A DNA stretch of 64,000 nucleotides from Candidatus Nomurabacteria bacterium RIFCSPLOWO2_01_FULL_39_18 (GTDB lineage Bacteria; Patescibacteriota; Minisyncoccia; Phycocordibacterales; UBA9973): assembly GCA_001787005.1 (NCBI GenBank), contig MFUV01000005.1, positions 2,764 to 66,763 of the forward strand, read 5' to 3'. The position numbers and the translations under genes are program-made. A model generated the notes under the pieces. It made no database searches, was not told the DNA's origin, and saw only the letters and a list, made by a program, of their open reading frames with translations. Shown piece after piece: positions 8,827-18,710 of the stretch. How positions within the stretch are numbered: the first letter of the stretch is position 1; every line of letters starts with the position of its first letter.

Positions 8827-10845
8827 GTGACAACAGAAGCTCAACATCTAGGAGGATTAAATAACGAACAAAAAGAAGCGGCGCTTCATATGAAGGGTCC
8901 TATGCTCATTATCGCGGGCGCGGGCGCGGGAAAGACTAAAACAATAACACACCGAATTGTGAATTTGATAAAGGAGGGTATCGTCCCAGATAAAATCCTG
9001 GCTGTAACATTCACCAACAAAGCGGCTAAAGAAATGCGAGAGAGGATTATCGCAGAAATTGAGAAAAATGCGGGAGAACAAGACTCCGTACCGTTTGTCA
9101 GCACTTTCCACTCATTGGGAGTTTTTATTATAAAAGAAAATGCCAGGGTTCTGGGACTAACAAAATATTTCACCATTTTGGACGAGTCAGATTCTACGAT
9201 ATTGATCAAAGAATCATTAAAAGAATTGGGGATAGATCCAAAACAGCATGACCCGAAAAAAATAAAAAACATTATCAGCCGAGAGAAGGGGAAGTTCGTG
9301 CATTTGCCTATGTTTACAGAAGAAAGAACGGATTATGTGGGCAAAATTGTGGCGCAAGTTTGGAATTTGTATGAAAAGAAAAAGGAAAAAGAAAATTCGC
9401 TGGACTTTGATGATCTGCTTTTGAAAGCAACGAAATTATTGCAAGAACGGGAAGAAATTAGGCAAATTTATCAAGAAAAATGGGAATATATTCACATCGA
9501 TGAGTATCAGGACACAAATGAAGTGCAATATTTAATGTCAAAATTGCTTTCTGAAAAGCATAAAAACATAGCTGTGGTAGGGGATGCCGATCAGAATATA
9601 TATTCTTGGCGCGGAGCAAATTTAAAAAATATTTTGAGTTTTGAAAAAGATTACCCTGACGCAAAGATAGTCTTGCTGGAGCAGAATTATAGATCAACAA
9701 AAAACATCTTGGAAGCCGCGAACGTAATAATTAAAAAAAATAAATACCGCCCAGATAAAAATTTATTTACGAAAAACGCCATGGGTGAAAAAATTGGTTT
9801 TTATGAAGCGCTTGATGAGACCGATGAAGCGGACTTTGTGGCAACAAAGATTTTGGAAATTTTGGACAGGGCTGGTGTTGCTTTTGAGAATGGTCTGGCT
9901 GGGGGAGGGACCCAGGAATCCGAGGACCTGAGCAAAAGCAACACCAGCCCTGTCCTCTCCAACATAGCAATTCTCTATCGCGCAAATTTTCAATCTAGGG
10001 CGCTGGAAGAAGCAATGCTAAGATACAACATTCCATATCAAGTTTTAGGTGTTAAATTTTTCGAAAGAAAAGAAATCAAAGATACTTTGGCATATCTGCG
10101 CGCGGCATTAAACAGAGACAGTCTTTCGGATATAAAAAGAATTATCAATTTCCCTGCGCGAGGCATAGGGAAAGTAACTTTGGTGAAAATTTTCGCGGAT
10201 GATATAGAGAACCTGCCAGTAAAAATGAAAATAAAAATTATTAATTTTTATGAAATATTGGAGGAGATAAAAGAAAAAATAAAAAGTGAAAAGGCAAGCC
10301 AGGTGATAAAATTCGTAGTGAAAAAGTCTGGCATTGAAAACGAATTATCGAGTGGCACCGAGGAAGACATGGAAAGACTTGAAAACATAAAAGAGCTTGT
10401 AACATTGGCCCTCAAATATGACAATCTGGCGCCAGGGCTAGGCATAGAAAAGCTTTTAGAAGATGCGTCGCTTGCTTCTGATCAGGATTCTTTGATTGAA
10501 AGAGGAGAGAAGAAAGAAGTAAAAAATTCAGTAAAATTAATGACAGTTCATGCATCAAAGGGGCTTGAATTCAAATATGTTTTCATCACTGGGCTAGAAG
10601 ATGGACTCTTCCCACACGAGAAACAAAATGAAGAAACTAGTATTGATAGCGAAGAGGAGCGCAGACTTTTCTATGTAGCGGTTACCCGGGCTCGGAATAA
10701 ATTGTTTTTGTCATTTGCAAATTTTCGCACTATCTTTGGTTCACGCTCCATTAATACTCCATCAGAATTTATTTCCGATATCCCAGCTGATTTATTAGAA
10801 AAAGAAGAAGAGAAAAATTTATTGAAAACAATTTATTTAGACTAG
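8827..10845 (+). CDS. pcrA: ATP-dependent DNA helicase PcrA/UvrD
   Basis: AGAGAGKT, DEYQD, TVHASKGLEF, EEERRLFYVA; GTG start at 8827 preferred because 8791 lies inside a repeat. Confidence 0.95.
   Translation: MTTEAQHLGGLNNEQKEAALHMKGPMLIIAGAGAGKTKTITHRIVNLIKEGIVPDKILAVTFTNKAAKEMRERIIAEIEKNAGEQDSVPFVSTFHSLGVFIIKENARVLGLTKYFTILDESDSTILIKESLKELGIDPKQHDPKKIKNIISREKGKFVHLPMFTEERTDYVGKIVAQVWNLYEKKKEKENSLDFDDLLLKATKLLQEREEIRQIYQEKWEYIHIDEYQDTNEVQYLMSKLLSEKHKNIAVVGDADQNIYSWRGANLKNILSFEKDYPDAKIVLLEQNYRSTKNILEAANVIIKKNKYRPDKNLFTKNAMGEKIGFYEALDETDEADFVATKILEILDRAGVAFENGLAGGGTQESEDLSKSNTSPVLSNIAILYRANFQSRALEEAMLRYNIPYQVLGVKFFERKEIKDTLAYLRAALNRDSLSDIKRIINFPARGIGKVTLVKIFADDIENLPVKMKIKIINFYEILEEIKEKIKSEKASQVIKFVVKKSGIENELSSGTEEDMERLENIKELVTLALKYDNLAPGLGIEKLLEDASLASDQDSLIERGEKKEVKNSVKLMTVHASKGLEFKYVFITGLEDGLFPHEKQNEETSIDSEEERRLFYVAVTRARNKLFLSFANFRTIFGSRSINTPSEFISDIPADLLEKEEEKNLLKTIYLD
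9864..9955. repeat. In-frame palindromic insertion in pcrA
   Basis: 23-bp perfect IR ggacagggctggtgttgcttttg around a 44-bp core (9888-9931) identical to the reverse complement of 11222-11265. Confidence 0.9.
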
Positions 10846-10882
10846 TTGAAAGTTATAAAGTTCATAAAGTTATAAAGTAAAA

Positions 10883-11851
10883 ATGCAAAAAGAAAGAAAA
10901 TACAAAGCAAAAAAGTCGTTAGGGCAAAATTTTTTAAAATCAGAACTGGCTTTAAAAAAAATTATTGAAGCAGGGGAGATAAAAAGGGGTGACATAATTT
11001 TAGAAATAGGACCAGGCAGAGGAGCATTGACCGAAAAACTTCTAGAAAAAGTTTACCTTGCTGGGGCGGGGCAGGGGTTGGTCATCGCAGTTGAAAAAGA
11101 CCGCGAGCTTTTTGAATTTTTAAAAACAAAATTTAAAAAAGAAATAGAGCAACGCTCTCTTGTACTAGTATATGGAGACATATTAAAATTTGATGCAAAA
11201 AAAACTGTTTTGAAGTTTTTTTCAGGTCCTCGGATTCCTGGGTCCCTCCCCCAGCCAGACCATTCAAAAAACTCAAAATCGTCTGATTTTAAAATAATTG
11301 CCAACATCCCCTACAACATCACTGGAGCGATTTTGAAAAAATTTTTAGGAGGGTTAAACCAACCGACAGACATGGTATTGATGGTTCAGCAAGAAGTCGC
11401 GAGGAGGATAATGGCCCGAGATAGTAAAGAAAGTATTCTTTCGATTTCTGTGAAGGCTTATGGTGAACCAAAAATTGTTATGAAGGTGCCAGCGCGATAT
11501 TTCAGGCCTGTGCCGAAAGTAGATTCAGCGATAATCATTATAAAAAATATTTCTCGCAAAATTTTTTCAGTATTACCCCCTCCGCCCAGAAAGTCTAATT
11601 GGGCACCTCCCCCTTATCAAGGGGGAGGTAGTAAAGAAGTTCAAGGTAAAACCTTGAACAGCCATGAATTTGAAGAGAAATTCTGGGAAATAGTGAAAGC
11701 GGGCTTTGCCCATAAGAGAAAAAAGCTCTCCAGTAATTTAAAAAATCTAAAAGACGGAAGCAAGGCTTCCGTCTCGAGCCTGGGAGATAGGAGAGCGGAA
11801 GATTTAACACTAGAAGACTGGATTGCGTTGTGTAAAAAGTGTTATAATTAA
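10883..11851 (+). CDS. rsmA: 16S rRNA m6,2A dimethyltransferase RsmA/KsgA
   Basis: KKSLGQNFL, EIGPGRG, ANIPYNI, PKVDSA, RRAEDL; carries three GC-rich inserts. Confidence 0.95.
   Translation: MQKERKYKAKKSLGQNFLKSELALKKIIEAGEIKRGDIILEIGPGRGALTEKLLEKVYLAGAGQGLVIAVEKDRELFEFLKTKFKKEIEQRSLVLVYGDILKFDAKKTVLKFFSGPRIPGSLPQPDHSKNSKSSDFKIIANIPYNITGAILKKFLGGLNQPTDMVLMVQQEVARRIMARDSKESILSISVKAYGEPKIVMKVPARYFRPVPKVDSAIIIIKNISRKIFSVLPPPPRKSNWAPPPYQGGGSKEVQGKTLNSHEFEEKFWEIVKAGFAHKRKKLSSNLKNLKDGSKASVSSLGDRRAEDLTLEDWIALCKKCYN
11222..11265. repeat. 44-bp core element inside rsmA (same as in pcrA, opposite orientation)
   Basis: tcaggtcctcggattcctgggtccctcccccagccagaccattc flanked by T-rich/A-rich arms. Confidence 0.9.
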
Positions 11852-11854
11852 ACC

Positions 11855-12799
11855 ATAATTAAATCAGATTGGTTAAAATACAAAAAAAGGATTCTTTTAA
11901 TCGTTTTTGCGGTTGTTTTTATTGTTGTACTTTTTTTTCTGAAAACAACCTCTGTATTCAAAAATGAAGAAAAACAAGAAAATCTAGCAGAACAACAAGA
12001 GGGGTTGGTTTATAATACTGAAACGCTCGGAGATATAATAAATAAAGACACCGATGGAGACGGAATACTGGACTGGGAAGAGAGTTTGTGGGGAACCAGC
12101 CCGATGGAGAGGGAAACTACTCCCGGAATATTAGATAGTGTGGCAATAGAAGAACTAAAGGCGCAAAAAGCAGAGGAAGCAGAATTGAACGGGGAATTAG
12201 AAAGTCTAGACACAGAAAATTTGACTCAAACAGACAGATTCTCAAGAGAACTTTTCTCTACAATCAGCGCACTCTCTCAAAATGGGTCTGTGGATCAGGT
12301 GGTTATTGACGAATTGAGCACTTCTCTGGCCGAACAAATAAAGAACTCCCCAGTTCAAAAGATATTTCTATTGTCTGATCTAAAAATCATACAAGATGAT
12401 AATTTCCAGAGTATAAAAAATTACGACGATACTCTAAATATTATTCACCAAAAACACCCCGCGGAACGAACTGTAATGGATGTATTGCAAGATTTCGCAG
12501 CTGATGAAGAAAATGTTGATACTGCTGTCCTGTCGGAACTTGACCCTATAAATGCACAGGTACGAGGGATAATAGGAGACATGGTTGAAATGAATGTCCC
12601 GCAATCCCTGGCAGTTTTGCATTTGGATATCGTGAATGGGCTCCAAAGACTATCCGAAAATATAGATAATATAAAATTTTTCGACACCGATGTCATTGTT
12701 GCGCTTGGCGCCATAAGTCAATATGAAGCAAACACCGATCTATTAGCAGAAGCAACCATAAACCTCACGGACGCCATTAATCAAAAATTGAGTAATTAA
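11855..12799 (+). CDS. Membrane-anchored protein with DTDGDG Ca-binding-like motif, first gene of the T4SS-like cluster
   Basis: Frame is open upstream of the called 12005 start through a TM helix (ILLIVFAVVFIVVLFFL) to ATA at 11855; KDTDGDGILDWEE motif. Confidence 0.7.
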   Translation: MIKSDWLKYKKRILLIVFAVVFIVVLFFLKTTSVFKNEEKQENLAEQQEGLVYNTETLGDIINKDTDGDGILDWEESLWGTSPMERETTPGILDSVAIEELKAQKAEEAELNGELESLDTENLTQTDRFSRELFSTISALSQNGSVDQVVIDELSTSLAEQIKNSPVQKIFLLSDLKIIQDDNFQSIKNYDDTLNIIHQKHPAERTVMDVLQDFAADEENVDTAVLSELDPINAQVRGIIGDMVEMNVPQSLAVLHLDIVNGLQRLSENIDNIKFFDTDVIVALGAISQYEANTDLLAEATINLTDAINQKLSN

Positions 12800-12814
12800 A
12801 TAAAAAACGATATA

Positions 12815-12854
12815 ACCCGGTAGTAGATCTTTGGTAAAAGTCTCACTACCGGGT
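12815..12854. repeat. REP-like inverted pair (copy 2) overlapping a promoter
   Basis: acccggtagtagatct...agtctcactaccgggt; TTGGTA-N17-TATAAT. Confidence 0.85.
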
Positions 12855-12868
12855 ATAATATAAGGAAA

Positions 12869-15490
12869 ATGACAGAAAAAAATAGTAGAATGGTAAAATT
12901 TATTTCCTCGCTTTTAATTATCGCAACAATAGCACCGAGTATTTTACTGTCCAAACCGAAACAAGCGGAAGCCTTCGGCGCTACATGGTTAACGGATATA
13001 TTTACTGGCGCAAATGTAGTCCCCGCTACGGTAAGCGCAGGGCAAGAAACTACTCAAACCGCATTGAAGCTTAAAGATGTCGCCAAAGAAATTTTGAAGC
13101 AAATTGTCATGACCATTCAGAGAAGACTTCTGGCGGAGATGACTAAAGGCATGGTGAACTGGATAAATAGAGGCTTCCATGGATCACCGCTTTTCCTGGA
13201 AAATCCAAAATCTTTCTTCCAGGATATTGCGAAATATGAAGTTAAAACTTTAATAGACACCTTCGGCTACGATAGCCGGAGATTTCCTTTTGGCAGAGAC
13301 TTTGCTTTAAATACAATCAATAGTTATAAAAGGCAACTGGGAGATAATGCTGAATATACTTTAAGCAGGGTGATTAACGATCCTGCTTTATTAAATAATT
13401 ATAGAAACGACTTCGACTTCGGAGGCTGGAATGGATTTTTAATAAACACACAATACCAGCAAAATAATTATATCGGGTTTCAACTACTAGCGACAGAAGA
13501 ATTAGCTGGGAGATTACAAGGCACAGTTGAAAATAATGCGCAGAAAGTACAGACTACTCTTGATCAAGGGATGGGTTTCTTGTCTCCGCAAACTTGCGCG
13601 GATAATGGCGGGAATAATGAATACAATAAAATTGTCGCAAATCAGTTTAAGCGACCAAGCTTTAAACCTGTAACAAAATTCGACCCGACTCCCATGCTAT
13701 TAGAATGTGTGGATGGTGGTCCAAACCCACCACCATATTGTGAGGCTGCATTTCAAGGATATCAAGCCGAAGTGCAACTGTACCAGGAAAGACTAGCAAA
13801 AGAAAGAGCTGCCTGGGCAACAAAAAACACTTGTAAAAACTTAGTGGCAACTACTCCTGGTTCTGTAGTAGCGAATCAAATAACGAACGCCATGGGGTCA
13901 AATTTCAGGCAGACCGAACTTGGAGCGGCTTTGGGCAACAGCATGTCTGCTATTTTTGACGCTTTACTTAACCAGTTCTTGAGTAAGGGTTTGAATGCCT
14001 TGGCAACCACAAAAAATCCTCCAAAACCACCACCGGACGATTGGTCTTATGGCGGTCTGACCCTAGGCAGTCCGACAGATGAAACTAACGAGGAATGGGA
14101 TTCCGGACCGGATGAAGTTGTCATTTTGGATGATTTCGGGAAACAATTAGTTGGAGAAATAGTTCCAGGTAATTCTGCTAGCTCAATTTGTATTATGCAA
14201 ACTGGATTGGCGCTACCGGGTTTCACGCAAGCGGCTTGTATAGCAGCAGGCGGAATATGGGTACCTGCTAATTCGGTATACGTACCCGGCGATATAGCAA
14301 ATACGCAAAAAGAATTGGCATTGATGGATAATCTGGATCCAAATAATCCTTATGTCAACGCATCTGGCGCATTTCCTCCAGGATGTACATCAAATCTAGG
14401 ATTCAACGCAACGACTGGCCTGCCATGCAATAGCGGAATAACGCAAATAATAAGCGGCACTTGGCCCAAGATCAGAGAACTCGACATGTGTCTGCCAGGT
14501 CCAGACTTTGGTTGGAAAGACAGGTTGCTGGATGAAATGGTGAGAAACAGCAAAAAACTTCAGGAAAGAGCAAGTGACAGTGACGGGCAAAAAGCTGCGG
14601 AGGCCGACCTAGTTCTTAAGGAATTAAAATTTGCCGTAAATTCTTTCAGGGATTGGATAAATAATAAAATGATAACGGAACTCCCAAATTCTATAATTTA
14701 TATGGACGCGGTAGATGAAATTGAAGACTTATATCAGCAATCAGAGGAACTCACCGACAGAAAAAGGGGAAAGACCCAGGCTTTGATACGACTTCAGGTA
14801 ATAAAAACACAATTGCTTGAATTGAAAAATCTCCTAGCTTCGCAAAATCCACCCCTCATCCAACCAGCCGCGGGATCAGCCGAAGAAAAAACTTTAATTG
14901 CGCTAAAAAAACAATACAACGCCATTCGGACTTCAATCTCGAGCCCTGTTAGCGTGGATGAAATAAAAAATGAATTATTTTTCTCGGTAGATAAATTGGC
15001 CAGACTAAATTCATTGATTACACAATGCAAGACTGAAAAATCGGCTAAACCCGCCATCTCAGAACAAAATGTATTTTGTGAGGCACCGATTAAGGGTGGT
15101 TATTCCCATGGAACATTCATTGGTCCTGACACTACAACTCCTAAATTGCCAATGGTAAATGCAAAAAAGGTGTATACGTGGAGAAGCTGGCTGGGACTGA
15201 AGGGTAATCAGGTCAACATAGATCTGAAATGTGACATTATCTACAAAGCCACTTTGGTAGATTACAAAAAGGATTTGCCAGGTTTAAATAGTGGTCTCAC
15301 GGATCCATTACCAAGTACGGGTGGTACCACACAATTTGGTTCTTGCACTTATGAAGAAACAGGTATGACACAGGATGAATGTACCGCTAGCGGAGGATCA
15401 TGGAATATCTCAACCGATATTTGTACTCGCACGGACCAAAATGTAACAGAAGAAAACTGCACCGCAAATGGAGGAACGTGGGAACAATAA
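12869..15490 (+). CDS. Large secreted Cys-containing protein of the CPR T4SS-like cluster
   Basis: Signal peptide (PKQAEA), LNWINxGFxGxPxF-type motif, C-terminal CxxxGGxW repeats. Confidence 0.7.
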   Translation: MTEKNSRMVKFISSLLIIATIAPSILLSKPKQAEAFGATWLTDIFTGANVVPATVSAGQETTQTALKLKDVAKEILKQIVMTIQRRLLAEMTKGMVNWINRGFHGSPLFLENPKSFFQDIAKYEVKTLIDTFGYDSRRFPFGRDFALNTINSYKRQLGDNAEYTLSRVINDPALLNNYRNDFDFGGWNGFLINTQYQQNNYIGFQLLATEELAGRLQGTVENNAQKVQTTLDQGMGFLSPQTCADNGGNNEYNKIVANQFKRPSFKPVTKFDPTPMLLECVDGGPNPPPYCEAAFQGYQAEVQLYQERLAKERAAWATKNTCKNLVATTPGSVVANQITNAMGSNFRQTELGAALGNSMSAIFDALLNQFLSKGLNALATTKNPPKPPPDDWSYGGLTLGSPTDETNEEWDSGPDEVVILDDFGKQLVGEIVPGNSASSICIMQTGLALPGFTQAACIAAGGIWVPANSVYVPGDIANTQKELALMDNLDPNNPYVNASGAFPPGCTSNLGFNATTGLPCNSGITQIISGTWPKIRELDMCLPGPDFGWKDRLLDEMVRNSKKLQERASDSDGQKAAEADLVLKELKFAVNSFRDWINNKMITELPNSIIYMDAVDEIEDLYQQSEELTDRKRGKTQALIRLQVIKTQLLELKNLLASQNPPLIQPAAGSAEEKTLIALKKQYNAIRTSISSPVSVDEIKNELFFSVDKLARLNSLITQCKTEKSAKPAISEQNVFCEAPIKGGYSHGTFIGPDTTTPKLPMVNAKKVYTWRSWLGLKGNQVNIDLKCDIIYKATLVDYKKDLPGLNSGLTDPLPSTGGTTQFGSCTYEETGMTQDECTASGGSWNISTDICTRTDQNVTEENCTANGGTWEQ

Positions 15491-15556
15491 GAAAGTTTTA
15501 AAGTGAAAAGTTATAAAGTTTGTAAAGTAAATGAACATAAAGTAGTGAAAAAAATT

Positions 15557-15949
15557 ATGACTAAAAAAGAAATAAAAAATGCTGTAAAATATTGGAAGGA
15601 AACATCTAAAAGAGATTATGGCACCATGCTTGGGCTTTTTAAGATTAAACGCTACCCAGAAAGCCTGTTCTTTGGGCATATTGTTTTGGAAAAAACTCTT
15701 AAAGGTCTAGTTGTTCAAGAAACAGGGGAACAAGCGCCTTATATACATGATTTGCTTCGATTGGCAAAATTAGCAGAAATCAATTTAAATAAAGAGGAGT
15801 TTAACTTATTAAAAATTGTTAGTACTTTCAACATTCGAGCTAGATACCCTGAGCAAAAGTTGAAACTATATAAAATATGCACAGAAAAATATACAAAAGA
15901 TAAATTGGATAAAATTATCACATTATATAAATTATTATGTCAAAATTAG
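15557..15949 (+). CDS. HEPN domain protein
   Basis: LFFGHIVLEKTLKGL, HDLLRLA, RARYP; ATG at 15557; overlaps the MNT gene. Confidence 0.85.
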   Translation: MTKKEIKNAVKYWKETSKRDYGTMLGLFKIKRYPESLFFGHIVLEKTLKGLVVQETGEQAPYIHDLLRLAKLAEINLNKEEFNLLKIVSTFNIRARYPEQKLKLYKICTEKYTKDKLDKIITLYKLLCQN

Positions 15950-16251
15950 AAGCAAAGAAAATAATTAGAAACTATGTAAGAAAACTAAGATCTGAAAAAT
16001 ACCCTGTTTCGGCGGCTTATTTGTTCGGCTCCTATGCAAAAAATACCCAGCGCAAGTGGAGTGATATTGATGTGGCAATAATTTCTCCAAAATTTAAAAT
16101 TCGTTTTGGGAAAAGTTACATGAGACTTTGGGATTTTCGTGAAGAAGTGGACAGTCGCATTGAACCACATGGCTTCACAAAGACAGATTTTAAAAATTTG
16201 GCTGATCCTTTAGTTTATGAAATTAGAAAGACTGGGATAAGAGTGATTTAA
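15937..16251 (+). CDS. Minimal nucleotidyltransferase (MNT), partner of HEPN
   Basis: YLFGSYAK...SDIDVAII. Confidence 0.9.
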   Translation: MSKLEAKKIIRNYVRKLRSEKYPVSAAYLFGSYAKNTQRKWSDIDVAIISPKFKIRFGKSYMRLWDFREEVDSRIEPHGFTKTDFKNLADPLVYEIRKTGIRVI

Positions 16252-16260
16252 TGTAAATAA

Positions 16261-18645
16261 ATGAAAACGAAGGTTAAAAAAATAATCCCGTACTGCCTGA
16301 TACTCATCATCCTGATCGGACTTCTAAGCCCGATGATTGGCGTTAGAGATGCACGGGCACAGGAACCAGTAGCCCCGATAGGAAAATGCCTTTATGGTGA
16401 TGATGTTAACGGCTACAAATCAATAAATATAACAGAAAACGCTTGTAAAAAAACCCCTTACTTTGGGACTTGGGACCCCACACCCACACCAAATCCCACT
16501 GAAAAACCAAAAACAGATGACCAAACGCCATTCGACAAAGAATTACAAGAATATCAATGCGGATTCGCCGGGATTGGGGGTACTTTCTGGCCTGGATGTG
16601 TCTTATGGGTTGTTTACGGCCTCTTTTATGCTATCCCCACGTTTTTATTTGCAGTAAGCGCCTATTTTTTCAACGTTCTGGTATCCATAACACTAAGTGG
16701 TGGATTGGTGGGCGATTCTCCTTTTGTTTCTGCGGCCTGGGCAGTAGTTCGAGACCTTTCTAACATCTTCTTCATTCTTATTCTGCTCTACATCGCAATA
16801 AAAACAATCTTGGGGATGGGGGGTTCTGAAGTTAAAAAAATGATAGCCCACGTTGTGCTGACAGCGCTACTTATAAATTTCAGCATGTTCTTTACCAAGA
16901 TTATTATTGATACTACGAACATCTTGGCTCTGGTTTTCTATAATAAAGTAAATGTTGAAACGAGGGTAGATGGACAACCGAGACCCTACAAAAGCGCGAC
17001 GGGGGAAAAAGATATTTCTGGTGGTTTATATAAGGCTTTTGATCCTACAAAATTAGTATCAGCGGATTTCTTTAAGCAGGCTAGAGAAATAGATCCGTCA
17101 ACAGAAGGTAAAGTACCACCAAGTATATTGATCTCAATGCTTATCATAACCGGAGTAATTATGGGTTACGCGGCTTATTGTTTTTTCCAAGTTGGAGTAT
17201 TTTTCTTAAGCAGACTTATTGAACTTTGGGTTTTAATTATTTTTTCACCTTATGCTTTTATGTCTTCGTCTGTGCCAGTCTTAAGCAAGTCTGAGGGCAT
17301 AGGCTGGGACGACTGGTGGCATCGGCTCCTTCAAGTGTCTTTCTTGGCGCCGATTTTCATGTTCTTTTTATACATAATATTCAAACTAATAGAAGCTAAT
17401 CCATTCACGGGCGTTCTAAACTCGAGCGACAGCATGTTTGAAACAATATTATTCATTGTACTCCCTGCGCTGGTGATTTTGATAATCCTGAAAAAGGCAA
17501 CTGAAAAAGCCAAAAAGTTGTCGGGAGAATTGGGTACTGTGGTAATGGGAGCAGTAAAAGCATTGGCTGTGATAGGTGTCGGCGCAGCAGCAGGCGGAAC
17601 AGCTCTTTTGGCAAGAACTGCTTTTGCTAGAACTGCAGCAATAGCTTCGAGGACAGAGGGTGCGAAACATTATGGGAAAGCGAGAATCGAGCACAATAAG
17701 GCTTTAGAAAAGTGGGAAGGAGAGGAAAAAAAGGCACGTGGATCTGGTGGTGTCAAACCTACCTGGGAAAAATCTAAAGCAGATTATGAATCTAAAAGCG
17801 GGAAGAAAATTTACACAAGTAATCCACTTAAGAATCCATTCATTACTTTGGGTGGAAGAATTAATGCCGCTCAATCAAGGTCGGGTGAAATAGAACGCGC
17901 AAGACAAGGAGTAGACGAGATAAAGAAGAAAGCTGGATTAGAAGGAGTGGGAGATGCATTCATCACTGGTGCACAACAGGAGAATATAGAAAAAACATTT
18001 GTTAAAGACAAGGGATCCGATATTGAAAGGGATATTAGAAGAGGTCATGACGCTAAAGGTGAAGAAATAAAAGATGAAAATGGTGCTAGGATATTAAGTC
18101 AAGACGAGTACGAGTCAGCAAATCGTAGCAGGATAGCCGCTGGTATAGAGACAGCAGCAGCACCGGGAGATGTTGATGCAAGTGGAAAATTAACAAAGCA
18201 AGGAGACAACAAAGTCGAAAATGAATTGAGAAAAGAGTTTAATGAAAAATTAAAAGGTTTTGTGCAAGAAGTAGGGAAAATAAGATTTGCAAAACTTCAG
18301 GGAGAAGCTAAGGAAAAAATAGGAATGGCAACAAGGGTAGCATCTAGAACAACAAGCGGAACTTATGACATAAGAAACTTGTCAGGACTAAAAACAGATA
18401 AAAGAGAAGGAATCGGAGCCAAAGCAACGGTTGGTCTTATCGCCGCCGTAGCAATGGGCATGAGAATGGGATTAAAACAAGGAGCTGGAGTTGAAGTTGG
18501 TTCAGGTCAAGGAAATGCCCTTAAAGACATCGGTCAAATAGTTACGGAAGCATTAAAAAATGTAAAGTTAGATGTAAAATTAGAAGATGGGGGGGGGAAT
18601 AAAACAGCACATGGTCCAGCCCCAGGCGCGAATGCTCCAAAGTAG
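16261..18645 (+). CDS. VirB6/TrbL-like polytopic membrane protein
   Basis: WAVVRDLSNIFFI, ALLINFS...IID, RLIELWVLIIFSP; about 7-8 TMs plus charged tail; position in cluster. Confidence 0.75.
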   Translation: MKTKVKKIIPYCLILIILIGLLSPMIGVRDARAQEPVAPIGKCLYGDDVNGYKSINITENACKKTPYFGTWDPTPTPNPTEKPKTDDQTPFDKELQEYQCGFAGIGGTFWPGCVLWVVYGLFYAIPTFLFAVSAYFFNVLVSITLSGGLVGDSPFVSAAWAVVRDLSNIFFILILLYIAIKTILGMGGSEVKKMIAHVVLTALLINFSMFFTKIIIDTTNILALVFYNKVNVETRVDGQPRPYKSATGEKDISGGLYKAFDPTKLVSADFFKQAREIDPSTEGKVPPSILISMLIITGVIMGYAAYCFFQVGVFFLSRLIELWVLIIFSPYAFMSSSVPVLSKSEGIGWDDWWHRLLQVSFLAPIFMFFLYIIFKLIEANPFTGVLNSSDSMFETILFIVLPALVILIILKKATEKAKKLSGELGTVVMGAVKALAVIGVGAAAGGTALLARTAFARTAAIASRTEGAKHYGKARIEHNKALEKWEGEEKKARGSGGVKPTWEKSKADYESKSGKKIYTSNPLKNPFITLGGRINAAQSRSGEIERARQGVDEIKKKAGLEGVGDAFITGAQQENIEKTFVKDKGSDIERDIRRGHDAKGEEIKDENGARILSQDEYESANRSRIAAGIETAAAPGDVDASGKLTKQGDNKVENELRKEFNEKLKGFVQEVGKIRFAKLQGEAKEKIGMATRVASRTTSGTYDIRNLSGLKTDKREGIGAKATVGLIAAVAMGMRMGLKQGAGVEVGSGQGNALKDIGQIVTEALKNVKLDVKLEDGGGNKTAHGPAPGANAPK

Positions 18646-18710
18646 TAGTGAAGTGGGAAGTTGAATAAGAGAGAAAGATAGGACATCATTAGAAAATGAA
18701 TTAAAAAAAA

